Shown: in pieces, positions 9,392 through 18,735 of the stretch
Layout of the letters: each line of letters opens with the position of its first letter
How positions within the stretch are numbered: the stretch's first letter is position 1
IMG/VR virus record: IMGVR_UViG_3300025120_000019
Source: a virus
Length of the DNA stretch: 64,000 nucleotides
Direction: 5' to 3' (one strand)
The notes under the pieces: model-generated
Seen by the model: the letters and a program-made list of their open reading frames with translations, nothing else
What the model was told of the DNA's origin: nothing
Databases searched by the model: none
Translations under genes and position numbers: made by a program

Positions 9392-9977
9392 ACAAAGGTA
9401 AAACTTTTTCAGCTTCAGGCCATCTATTAGGTTTAAGTGTTTCATAAAACTTTTCTACATTAATTTTCCAAAAAGTTTGGAATGTTCCTTTATATTCTAA
9501 CTCTATAGGATCTTCTAGTACTTTTGCTTTATGAAAATATTTTGCCCAAAATAGATGAACTTTATTTTGACTACCTACGTTTCCTGTATGTGTACTAAGA
9601 TACAATGGTTTATCTCTGCCAACACCTTCGATACAAGCCGGTAACAAAAATTGTGAAGCGTGAGAATAATGTATATCAGTTTTTCCTTTAAGACTTTTTA
9701 CACGTTGTTTACCAATTAAGTGTGTAAGGACACAAGTTCTTGCCCCTATTCGATATGCGTCTTTTCCTAAAATACCAAGCTCTTGTAACTTGTGGGCAAC
9801 TACTGTGCCAACAGGATTATTATTATATAACAATATCCACATATTAGCATCTTCATATTTTTTAATATAATCAATTAATATTTCTCTACTACAGTTATTA
9901 TAAAACTTTTTTTTAAAAGCTTCTGCATAAAAATTATTTAGATCTATATCATTATTATATAATTTTATATCAAACAT
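9378..9977 (-). CDS. Hypothetical protein, possible GNAT-like fold
   Basis: Start MFDIKLY overlaps the upstream stop (ATGTTTGA); WILLYNNNPVG...YRIGARTC pattern is GNAT-like. Confidence 0.55.
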   Translation of the reverse strand: MFDIKLYNNDIDLNNFYAEAFKKKFYNNCSREILIDYIKKYEDANMWILLYNNNPVGTVVAHKLQELGILGKDAYRIGARTCVLTHLIGKQRVKSLKGKTDIHYSHASQFLLPACIEGVGRDKPLYLSTHTGNVGSQNKVHLFWAKYFHKAKVLEDPIELEYKGTFQTFWKINVEKFYETLKPNRWPEAEKVLPLFSEG

Positions 9978-11346
9978 ATTCTTTACATAAATTAAAAAAA
10001 TCTTCCATCTCAGGAAAAACTTGTACGTGATCAACATTTCGTCTACGTCCTTGCTCTTCAAAGAAGTTATGAAAATCTTTTCTACCTTGTATAATACGTT
10101 CTAGTGGATATTCAGTACTTGCCATATAATCAACTACACGTCTAAACTTTTCATATTCAATTGTAGTAAATGCATCTTTACGATTATCATCTACGTTTTC
10201 TTTTATAAATTGTAAATGATCATACATATATGGCATATATTCTTTTGGTAAAATATTAATATCGTATTGTAATGGTTCTTTTAGATACGGAGTATCAAAC
10301 CCTAATCTGTTCCATCTATACGTTTCAACATCATTATATTTGGCACGCCATTCTAATATCTTTTCTAATAATGTCCTAAATGTTGTTACACAAAAAATAT
10401 TAAATGTTATCATTAATGTCATTGGTGCTGTAGTATTCATCATCCAGTAATCTAAATTACGCTCAAATGTTTCTATATCTAAACCATCACGTATATATTC
10501 AGCACGTTTTCCCCAAGTGTCAATGCTTGTAAACAATTTAAATCTTCTTATTTTTTTATTTACAAGTAAATCATTTACACGATTTGTAAATTTTTCTAAC
10601 TGTCTAGGTTTGCCGCCTAAGTTACTATTACAATTTAATTCTAAATCTGGTTTAGGATCAGCATCTAACATATCAAATAGTCTATACGTGCTTTGTTGAA
10701 TAGTAGGCTCACCTCCAGTGATTCTTAAAATATGCAATTCTTTACTTAGCTCTGGCCACCACTTCCAAAAAGCATCAAGATATGGATTATTTTCTTCGTT
10801 ATAAAGTTGAAACCAATCTATATCGCATCTATGGTTAGTAACCATATCATAAGGTCCATGTTGTTTGATTTCATTGTAAAATCTACTACTTGCTTTAGGA
10901 TGACAATAGCCGCAACGGAAATTGCATTCGTTACCAAAACTTACTTCCAAGTATTCCGGATTTACATCAAACGTTGCTCCTCCTTCTTTGACTGCTTTTA
11001 ACCTATGTTTGAAGAATATAGTTTGATTACGTTGTTTTCTATCACTTATATAATCTGCACCCATTGCTTCAATCTTCCAACAATAGTTACAACCACTAGG
11101 TTGTTGCCCTTTCATCATTGCTGACCGTTCGGCTTTTTTTACTTTTGTATTATGTATAGCACTTGGGTTAGTTTTAATTTCTTCAATATCTATTTTGTGA
11201 GGAGCAGGATGATAACAACTGTGTGTTTCGCCTGTTTGAAAATAGATATTAGCATGATACCATTTAGCAAAGCAAAATGTTGGTGAAATTTCTTTTGTAA
11301 TTTCATCAATGCGTTTAATTTCTTCGGATTCGGAGCGTTCTGCCAT
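9970..11346 (-). CDS. Radical SAM protein with N-terminal twitch-like domain
   Basis: CNFRCGYC, ITGGEP, NSNLG, FTSID; N-terminal FCFAKW...SCYH...CNYCW. Confidence 0.9.
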   Translation of the reverse strand: MAERSESEEIKRIDEITKEISPTFCFAKWYHANIYFQTGETHSCYHPAPHKIDIEEIKTNPSAIHNTKVKKAERSAMMKGQQPSGCNYCWKIEAMGADYISDRKQRNQTIFFKHRLKAVKEGGATFDVNPEYLEVSFGNECNFRCGYCHPKASSRFYNEIKQHGPYDMVTNHRCDIDWFQLYNEENNPYLDAFWKWWPELSKELHILRITGGEPTIQQSTYRLFDMLDADPKPDLELNCNSNLGGKPRQLEKFTNRVNDLLVNKKIRRFKLFTSIDTWGKRAEYIRDGLDIETFERNLDYWMMNTTAPMTLMITFNIFCVTTFRTLLEKILEWRAKYNDVETYRWNRLGFDTPYLKEPLQYDINILPKEYMPYMYDHLQFIKENVDDNRKDAFTTIEYEKFRRVVDYMASTEYPLERIIQGRKDFHNFFEEQGRRRNVDHVQVFPEMEDFFNLCKEYV

Positions 11347-11349
11347 CCA

Positions 11350-12273
11350 TTACTCTCTATCTAAAAATTGCTTGCTGTTGTCACGAGCGGGATTTTGATA
11401 GACTGTTTTAAAAAATTTACTTTGGTTAGCATCTAGCGGGTTTACTGCGATAGGTAGTTCTAGTTCTTCTGTTAATAGATCGCCCAAGTCTTGTGAATAA
11501 CATTCCATATCTTCTTCTACTAACTCACCCTTTTCATTCCAATATTGATTTAAGTATTTAAAGTCACGTACATTAACAAAGTCCCAATCGGTACACATTG
11601 TCTTATATAAGCCTTCTCTTGCGCCATAAATTGCCCAACGGCCGTATTCCACATCTGCACCTACCATAAGCCAAATATACAAGCGATGTAGATTTTTCCA
11701 ATGATTTTTATTAAATTCGTCAACTGATACTCGTACACCTCTATCTAATGCCATTTTTACACCTTCGCGAAATCCTGCTCTCCATGCTTGATGCGGAGTG
11801 GCATTATTATATATATCACTATAGACTCCGTTCATTTGTATATACTGTGTATTCCAACAGAAGTCTACTTGTGCATGAGGATTATCTTCAGGTGCATTTT
11901 CGTGTGTACGCATATCTAAAACATACTGTTTAGGCCAACACTTAATTCCTCCGTTACCATAGCACAATCCATTTATATTATTTTTTGCTGTCCAACTTAT
12001 AACTTTATCAGTAAGATCAGTATTCTCACCAAAATCAATAGACTGAGAAAGAAAGTCTTGTCTAATCCTGTTATCACCATCAACTGTTATAAAGCGATCA
12101 GATTCACTTTCGTTAGCCGCGGCTTTGTGTGCGGCGTCAGATCCTTCTATACCATGTACACGTTTTGCCCATGGAACTTTTTTGCATAAGTCTGCATAAT
12201 TTTGTTCTGCATTAGGCTCATCGTAGCTTAGGTATATTATGTCATAATCAATAACACGAAACTGTTTAGGCAT
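11350..12273 (-). CDS. Glycosyltransferase-like (GT-A) protein
   Basis: DIIYLSYDEPNAEQN, RVHGIEGSDAAH, ITVDGD, YGNGGIKCWP; paralog of the C-terminal domain of 6239..7882. Start 12273 follows GAGGA (alternative 12285). Confidence 0.7.
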   Translation of the reverse strand: MPKQFRVIDYDIIYLSYDEPNAEQNYADLCKKVPWAKRVHGIEGSDAAHKAAANESESDRFITVDGDNRIRQDFLSQSIDFGENTDLTDKVISWTAKNNINGLCYGNGGIKCWPKQYVLDMRTHENAPEDNPHAQVDFCWNTQYIQMNGVYSDIYNNATPHQAWRAGFREGVKMALDRGVRVSVDEFNKNHWKNLHRLYIWLMVGADVEYGRWAIYGAREGLYKTMCTDWDFVNVRDFKYLNQYWNEKGELVEEDMECYSQDLGDLLTEELELPIAVNPLDANQSKFFKTVYQNPARDNSKQFLDRE

Positions 12274-12826
12274 ATATTTCCTCATGATAATAACTAGAAA
12301 ACTTTCTTACAGTATATAAGCTAACACTTGTTTTGTCAAATTCAAACTTGCTATCAAACGGTATTTTTAAATCTTTTTGAAATGTTAAAGTTTTATGTAA
12401 AACATTTGGATCGTATAACTTCGTTACACTATAAACTTGTCTAGTTGGATCTATTGAAATATTTTGTGATTCGATGTACAATTTAAATTTTGTATCTAGA
12501 ATTAATTCCCAACATTTTTCTACTTGGTTTTGTCTTATTATTATTTCATTATTATCTTGTTTAATTTTAGGAATTTCATATACAAAATTATATGTATCAT
12601 GACTCTCTGCATATTGCTGGATATTTTTTAAAATATATTTTTTTTCTAAAAAATCATATTCAACTTTGTAATCTCGCAAAGATTCTGATCCTTCAGCAAA
12701 TTTTCTGACTTGCTCAAAATCAACTAATAAGTTTTCTAAATTATCATCAGGATTTCTTGCAATTCTATTAATATTGCCATTATCATCAAAACATACATAT
12801 CTATCATTATTGATTGTTACTGCCAT
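12266..12826 (-). CDS. Hypothetical protein
   Basis: 186-aa ORF coupled to both neighbours in the operon. Confidence 0.75.
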   Translation of the reverse strand: MAVTINNDRYVCFDDNGNINRIARNPDDNLENLLVDFEQVRKFAEGSESLRDYKVEYDFLEKKYILKNIQQYAESHDTYNFVYEIPKIKQDNNEIIIRQNQVEKCWELILDTKFKLYIESQNISIDPTRQVYSVTKLYDPNVLHKTLTFQKDLKIPFDSKFEFDKTSVSLYTVRKFSSYYHEEIYA

Positions 12827-13668
12827 TATATTCCCAAGTACTTCTCGTATATTGTAGTTATTCTTTCTGTGACAAAATCATTTTCAGTATAGTGAAATAT
12901 TCCACTTTGTTTATGATTTCCAATTTTTAATTGTAAATCTTCACCTAAATATGTTCCTACTCTATTTTGCCATTTATCAACTACAGATTGATCCCAATTT
13001 TGTACACGTGGTTTCATATGTATAAAACTAGGATATTTTACTCTATTATTTGTAACTTGATTTTCAACATTCATAATTTTAATAGCAATAGATCCTGATA
13101 AATCAATACTGCATTTTCTTTGATATAATCTTCCGCCAGCGTGTTGTCTATAAAATTTTTGCCAGTTATTTGTAATCATTTCTAACCACGTATAATACTC
13201 ATGAGCAAGATCACTTTTTTTAAAATAATGCAATCCAGTATAAATGTTTGGCAAATAATTTGTTGAAAATGTGTTACGATAATAATTATTAGTTACTAGT
13301 TCATTTCTATATGTATAGACTTTGTTTGTAAAAAATAATTCGTAGTTTTTTAAAAAACTAAACCAAGTTGAAATATTCTGCAACACTAGCATATCAGTAT
13401 CCATGACAATAGTTTCATCATATGGTGTAGCATGATAAATTTTCCATCTGTTTTCAATTTTCCAATCCGAGTCTTGTGCATGATCACCCCATGGAATATC
13501 TACAATATCATCAAAAATTTGTTTGTATTTTCCATTAACATTTTCATTTGTAATTAAACAGATTTTTGCATTTTCATTTGTGGTACGAATACTCATAGCA
13601 TTCAAATATGCTTGCTTTACATAATCAGCATTTGAATTTTGTGCTAACATAGTAAAATTATTGCTCAT
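12826..13668 (-). CDS. Glycosyltransferase-like (GT8/GT71-type DxD)
   Basis: SIRTTN..ICLITN, FDDIV, TPYDETIVMDTDML, TGLHYFKKS. Confidence 0.7.
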   Translation of the reverse strand: MSNNFTMLAQNSNADYVKQAYLNAMSIRTTNENAKICLITNENVNGKYKQIFDDIVDIPWGDHAQDSDWKIENRWKIYHATPYDETIVMDTDMLVLQNISTWFSFLKNYELFFTNKVYTYRNELVTNNYYRNTFSTNYLPNIYTGLHYFKKSDLAHEYYTWLEMITNNWQKFYRQHAGGRLYQRKCSIDLSGSIAIKIMNVENQVTNNRVKYPSFIHMKPRVQNWDQSVVDKWQNRVGTYLGEDLQLKIGNHKQSGIFHYTENDFVTERITTIYEKYLGI

Positions 13669-14485
13669 TAATTACTCTCTCAAGGCTAAATTTATTCATT
13701 ACGTGTAAATTACTTCCTTTAAACTTAGTCAAAGTATATTCGCCTAATCTATCAGCTTTTTCTAGAAGTACTGTAAATTCATCATCTATAATATTTAAAA
13801 GTATATCTTTATCTATACTATAAAACTTTTTTCCAGGCATAGTGCCAACAAAGCCGCCTTCGATATATCCAGATAATATATGTACTGCTATACTAAAAGA
13901 AAAATCATTTCTATATACAGTATTTTTAAACTGATACACTCCTCTGTAATGCATATAATTATCTTTTATATGTTTTATTAAATTAAAAAATATTTCGTTA
14001 ATTTTATTTTTCTTAAAATAAATTACTGTTGCCCAGTAAAAAGGTATACTAGTGTCACTAATCCTTTTAAATTCTGATGTATTATCATGTATACCCAAAT
14101 GTGTAGCGTCATTATATAATAACAAATCTTTTTGATGATCAAAACAATTTAGCAACTTATCATTTGCAATAATATAATCTGTATCCATAACAATAGTTTG
14201 CTCATAAGGCGTTAAGTCATAACTTAATTCTCTACCAGAATTTTTAAAAGACAATACTCTCTTACCTAAACTTCCATCTCTATATGTTTTTGTATTTTTA
14301 AAAGTTTTTTGATCTAAGTTTATTACAGTATCAAAGTGCTCTTTAAGTTCAGACGTATTAACATCTGTAACTAAACTTACTGGTAAATCTAAATATTTTT
14401 TTATTCTGTTTGCACAAAAAATTGCTTGCTTAATATAGTTTATGCTTTCATTATTAAATGCAAAAAGTAATACACCTTTGCTCAT
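13658..14485 (-). CDS. Glycosyltransferase-like (GT8/GT71-type DxD)
   Basis: KGVLLFA, LPVSLVTD, TPYEQTIVMDTDY, WATVIYFKK, RNDFSFSIA; paralog of 12826..13668. Confidence 0.7.
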   Translation of the reverse strand: MSKGVLLFAFNNESINYIKQAIFCANRIKKYLDLPVSLVTDVNTSELKEHFDTVINLDQKTFKNTKTYRDGSLGKRVLSFKNSGRELSYDLTPYEQTIVMDTDYIIANDKLLNCFDHQKDLLLYNDATHLGIHDNTSEFKRISDTSIPFYWATVIYFKKNKINEIFFNLIKHIKDNYMHYRGVYQFKNTVYRNDFSFSIAVHILSGYIEGGFVGTMPGKKFYSIDKDILLNIIDDEFTVLLEKADRLGEYTLTKFKGSNLHVMNKFSLERVINEQ

Positions 14486-14829
14486 AAATCCATTATACCT
14501 TGCACTGATCTATTTTGCTTTAACTTATTGTACTCCATTAAATACTTATTAGAAGCTACAAAATATGTAGAATGAACATTTTTAGTAAATTCTTCTAGAC
14601 TGTCTATTGCAATAGGAATACTATTATCATCAATTAAAACAGATTCTTCTTGCTCCATAGAAAGTAAGCACTGACAAAAACTAATAAGATCTTGTGTTAC
14701 AGTAAATTGTCCACCATTAAAATAATAAATTAAGTTTTCTTTATATTGTTCATTTAATAATCTTTTTTGATTATTTAGAGTAACCATATAATTACTCATA
14801 TCTAATGCTTTTTCAAGACGTTCATCCAT
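14482..14829 (-). CDS. Hypothetical protein (first gene of the glycosyltransferase operon)
   Basis: AGGAG SD, ATGA overlap with the next gene, promoter directly upstream. Confidence 0.8.
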   Translation of the reverse strand: MDERLEKALDMSNYMVTLNNQKRLLNEQYKENLIYYFNGGQFTVTQDLISFCQCLLSMEQEESVLIDDNSIPIAIDSLEEFTKNVHSTYFVASNKYLMEYNKLKQNRSVQGIMDL

Positions 14830-14852
14830 AGATTTCTCCTACTTAGAGTTAT

Positions 14853-14881
14853 AGTATATAACAAAAATTTGCAAATGTCAA
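14853..14881 (-). promoter_or_regulatory. Sigma70 promoter
   Basis: Minus strand TTGACA (14881-14876), 17 bp, TATACT (14858-14853). Confidence 0.8.
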
Positions 14882-14895
14882 ATACAAAGTGGATA

Positions 14896-15975
14896 TTATA
14901 ACGAACTATCTACAGTTCCAGTTGGTGCTAATTGCACAATAGCATCAAACGAAGATGCACCTATTACAAAACTACTATTCGGTGTAAAGGTTAATAAATT
15001 ACTAGATACTGTTCCTCCTACCTGTTCATCAACTGGAGCATTTACACCTTCCAACTGACCTCCTGTGCCTGAATCGGCATCATCAAAAACTATTTCAAAA
15101 GTCATTTGACTTGTGCTAGGCAAAACAAGATTTATTTGATATTCGTTGTCATCATATATTTGAGTAACTGGTACAGTTCCTGGAGTACCTCCTGAAACGC
15201 CGCCTCCTTGTTTTGTATAAAGCCTTGTTGGACTATTAAAAAACCCACTACTAGTGGCTGTATTTGTACTAATGCTTCCAATAGTATATGTAGATCCTGT
15301 GCCACCAGATCCTAGTGATTCAGTTTTATAATCCGAACCCATTTTCCAAAAACGAATTTTACCCATTTCTGCTAAAATTCTGTTCCAGTCCCAATCTTTA
15401 CTGTTAGAAGTTCCGGTACTACCCCCGGTTAGACTTGCGTCAAAACGTATTTGTCCACCAGCATTAAAAAATTCATTTCTTTTCGCGGCACTTGCCCAAG
15501 ATACTGTTACTCTGTGTCCAATCCTAGAATTGGCTCCTGTACCCCATGCGGCAGTCCTAGAGCTTGCTACAGATACGCTTCCAGACGTTAACAAGTTTGA
15601 TTCATCAAAGTTAGCAGTTGGAAATTCTGTTGTTGACTCGTTAAAATTAACCACTGAATTTAATAAGTTTGTAAATTTAGTAATATTTGCATATACTATA
15701 ATATCACCAACATCAAAATCAGTTGTTAGAATAGCATTACTTGCAGATGCATTTTGATGTACATATCCTGCTTGTAAGTCTTTAAATAAATTAAATTGCT
15801 GTAGTTGTGTTACTGTATCACTTACTCCAGGTGTTGATCCACCTACTACAGTACTAGCATTCATATTTCTACCATAGCCCAAATCAGCATTGCTTGTACT
15901 AGGGCCTACTATTGTGTTTGTACTATTGAATATATTGTTATAATCACTAGCTGTAATTGGATCGCCGACTGCCAT
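14896..15975 (-). CDS. Virion structural (tail-associated) protein
   Basis: Ser/Thr/Gly-rich; shares FFNAGG.IRF.ASL and W..IL..MG.I.F motifs with 15984..17168. Confidence 0.65.
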   Translation of the reverse strand: MAVGDPITASDYNNIFNSTNTIVGPSTSNADLGYGRNMNASTVVGGSTPGVSDTVTQLQQFNLFKDLQAGYVHQNASASNAILTTDFDVGDIIVYANITKFTNLLNSVVNFNESTTEFPTANFDESNLLTSGSVSVASSRTAAWGTGANSRIGHRVTVSWASAAKRNEFFNAGGQIRFDASLTGGSTGTSNSKDWDWNRILAEMGKIRFWKMGSDYKTESLGSGGTGSTYTIGSISTNTATSSGFFNSPTRLYTKQGGGVSGGTPGTVPVTQIYDDNEYQINLVLPSTSQMTFEIVFDDADSGTGGQLEGVNAPVDEQVGGTVSSNLLTFTPNSSFVIGASSFDAIVQLAPTGTVDSSL

Positions 15976-15983
15976 TTCTACTC

Positions 15984-17168
15984 CTACAATTCAGTCACAC
16001 TAGTAATCGTTGGTGACTCGTTTTGTACATAAGGGCCAGTAGCTCTGTATTCAGTTAAAGTACTATCCAATGTTCCTTCCACTCTTTCGTCTGCTCCTCC
16101 ACTACCAACATCCGAATCGTTAAATTCTAATCTAACTTGTAGTTGTGTAGCATTATTTGATTTTATTTTTATTACATAGTCGTTTTCTGTATACACCGAA
16201 CTTCCAGCTTTAGTATATACGGTTTGGTATGCACTTGTCAAGTCATAATTTCCAATAGCCGATCCAGTTCCGCTTGATAATGTGCTAAAAGTTTCTGTAT
16301 GATTAAATTTTATTGTTCCCATATTAGATAACATAGATTGCCAATTTACAGATTTTTGATAATTTTCAGATGAACCACTAGGTAGGTTTATTAGTGATGC
16401 ACTAAAACGTAATTCTCCGCCAGCATTAAAGAAACCTCTTCGGGCATTTGCTGTTGAAAATGTAACTGTAAATTCGTGGTAAACTGATTGAGGAGTAGCT
16501 GTGCCTCCCCATAATGCTGTGCGTTGACTTGTTGCTTTGACTGCTGGATCTGCTTGTGTAAAATCAACATTAAATTTAGCATTTTCACAAGTTGTAGTTA
16601 ATGACTCATAAGAGTAATAAGATTCTTCACTTATTGTATGTGTAAATTGTCCGCCTGATATATATGATCCAAAAGAAGTACTGCCAATAGGATTTGTAAA
16701 TGGTGTACCTGACGTCCTATCATAATTTTGATATAGCTCAAATGTTGTTGTAGATAATACTTTTGCAAAACCAAATAGTCCATTTAATTGAGTCATTCCA
16801 ACTACACCTGAAATTGTATCTACATAAATTCCATCAATTAATTTATGATCAGTAGCTGTAACTATAGTGACAACATTATTATTACTTGTGTTAATAAAAG
16901 TTCCAGTAGTTAATAATGTAGGTGTAGCGTTATTGTTTACTTGCTTTATAATACCAGTTGGTTCTGATCCATTCTGATGTGTTCTAACTTTAACTAAATC
17001 AGCATATATTTGATTCATTTCAGTTGCAGTAACAATACTTTCGATTGGTACTTGTGAAGATGATACACCTTGATTATAACCTATATTACCTGTACCAACA
17101 CCTAATAAATTACCTACTCTTGCTTGTAGATTATTATAACGTGCGGCTGATATAATCTGATTGGTCAT
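15984..17168 (-). CDS. Virion structural (tail-associated) protein with inserted beta domain
   Basis: Paralog of 14896..15975 plus an internal TDHKL..G...ISGVVGMTQLNG...TTFELY module. Confidence 0.65.
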   Translation of the reverse strand: MTNQIISAARYNNLQARVGNLLGVGTGNIGYNQGVSSSQVPIESIVTATEMNQIYADLVKVRTHQNGSEPTGIIKQVNNNATPTLLTTGTFINTSNNNVVTIVTATDHKLIDGIYVDTISGVVGMTQLNGLFGFAKVLSTTTFELYQNYDRTSGTPFTNPIGSTSFGSYISGGQFTHTISEESYYSYESLTTTCENAKFNVDFTQADPAVKATSQRTALWGGTATPQSVYHEFTVTFSTANARRGFFNAGGELRFSASLINLPSGSSENYQKSVNWQSMLSNMGTIKFNHTETFSTLSSGTGSAIGNYDLTSAYQTVYTKAGSSVYTENDYVIKIKSNNATQLQVRLEFNDSDVGSGGADERVEGTLDSTLTEYRATGPYVQNESPTITSVTEL

Positions 17169-17187
17169 TCACTTTACCTTTACGTAC

Positions 17188-18699
17188 TTATGTTTTTAAT
17201 ACACATTCGATTAATTTTTCTTCTACAGAATCATTAGTTTCTAATGCTACTCCTACTAATGCTGTTGATGCTGTAGTTGTACATACACCATCTTCCCAAG
17301 CATAAACAGGTTGACCTTTTTTGACTGCACCTTTTACTCTGACTGGTAATCTTCCTGCTAAACCTATATACTGTCCTTCTGCTTCGCTATTCATCATAAT
17401 AGCTGGATCTGTTGAGACAACGCCAATACAAATATCGCTTGCTTTTGCAGGACAAACTTCACAATCATCGTCTGGGCATACTGCTATTGCTGTTCCTGGT
17501 TCTAATTCAGATGGTGTTATATATTTTTCTGCTAAGTCAGCATATCTTGCTCTTGATGCAGTTCCAGTAAATACATTTGCTTTTAAATTTCCTGAGCTAT
17601 CTCTTGCGGCAATAGTGTCTGCAGTTGCTTCAACATCACCACTATATGCAGTGGCACTTACCATTAATGCGTTTGCTTGTGTTGCTGTTCCTGTAAATGT
17701 TGTTGCATGAACATTATTCCATTTTTTAGCTGTACTTCCTAATGCATATGTGTTATCAATAAATGGAAAAAATCCTGTTTGTCCACTTGGATTATTTTCT
17801 ATCCTTGCAATTTCAACTAATCCAGTAGCCCCACTATAGGCTTGAAATTTTACTTCGTTACCAATTAAATTTGAAACAGTAGCTTCATTTCCGTTAGTAA
17901 CGTGTAATTGTAAATCTAAACTATCTCCAATTTTGATACCAGCATCGTCGGTTATATCTACTGCTTGTCCTGCGCCTGACGCAGTTATAAAGTTACTAGA
18001 CTCTAGTCCGTTTAATTTTAATGAATTAGATGCAGTTCCCCAAATTACTGGTACTACTGTATCATCATCTGCTGTTGTAACTCCTGTTGAGGGAGTACGT
18101 ATAAGTGTAATACCTTTTTTGACTACTGGAAAATGGCCTGGAATATCAAAAGTTGTAAGTGTTGCAGGTTGTGTATTACTAGGTGTGAAAGATGTATCAC
18201 TTATAACATAAATTGGATTATTATCAACTAATGCAAGTATACATGGCACGCCAACATCAGATGGTGTAGAATTAATATTAGTACTTAGTAGCTGTGTCGT
18301 TCCACTACCAGCACTCTGTGGTCCAACTAGTACAAATTCATTTGCACTTGTCCTTGCAAATAACTGATTAGTGTTACTACTATACCATAAATCGCCCTCA
18401 ACAAGTCCTGATGGTGCTACGGCACTTACTTCTGCGCCGCCTGCTGTTTTCCAAGCACTGCCTGTATAATATTTTAATTTATTAACTGAACTATCAAACC
18501 AAACTTGCCCACTTAATGCTTTGGAAGGACTAGTGGATCCTGCAAAAGATTCAAGTAAGAATAAAAAGTTTTCATTTTGTGCTTCTCCGTATCCACTATA
18601 ATTTTTGCCGATTAATTTCAAATCAGTTGTATTGTCTACAGTACCATCTTCTAATGATAGTAATTGGGTTCCACTAAACCTATTAATTATGTATGCCAT
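17188..18699 (-). CDS. Tail fibre/baseplate protein with C-terminal intramolecular-chaperone-like domain
   Basis: N-terminal LIGKNYSGYGE..NENF..LLESFA...GQVWFD module; C-terminal ARYADLAEKY...GVVSTDP...GRLPVRV. Confidence 0.7.
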   Translation of the reverse strand: MAYIINRFSGTQLLSLEDGTVDNTTDLKLIGKNYSGYGEAQNENFLFLLESFAGSTSPSKALSGQVWFDSSVNKLKYYTGSAWKTAGGAEVSAVAPSGLVEGDLWYSSNTNQLFARTSANEFVLVGPQSAGSGTTQLLSTNINSTPSDVGVPCILALVDNNPIYVISDTSFTPSNTQPATLTTFDIPGHFPVVKKGITLIRTPSTGVTTADDDTVVPVIWGTASNSLKLNGLESSNFITASGAGQAVDITDDAGIKIGDSLDLQLHVTNGNEATVSNLIGNEVKFQAYSGATGLVEIARIENNPSGQTGFFPFIDNTYALGSTAKKWNNVHATTFTGTATQANALMVSATAYSGDVEATADTIAARDSSGNLKANVFTGTASRARYADLAEKYITPSELEPGTAIAVCPDDDCEVCPAKASDICIGVVSTDPAIMMNSEAEGQYIGLAGRLPVRVKGAVKKGQPVYAWEDGVCTTTASTALVGVALETNDSVEEKLIECVLKT

Positions 18700-18724
18700 C
18701 GATGTTCCTCAAGTTTTACTATTG

Positions 18725-18730
18725 TATTTA
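18725..18730 (-). promoter_or_regulatory. Late promoter box
   Basis: AATAAATAC on the minus strand in the gap upstream of 18699. Confidence 0.55.
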
Positions 18731-18735
18731 TTTGT

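Noticed and set aside
2532-10061. ORF-track starts at 2532, 7897 and 10061
   Set aside because: They overlap a divergent gene, a promoter or the upstream CDS; ATGs at 2604, 7882 and 9977 fit better.
243-11346. Assigning the radical SAM enzymes to QueE, MoaA, NrdG or viperin
   Set aside because: No companion genes (queC/D, folE, moaC, nrdD) are in the window and the extra Cys clusters do not fit; left unassigned.
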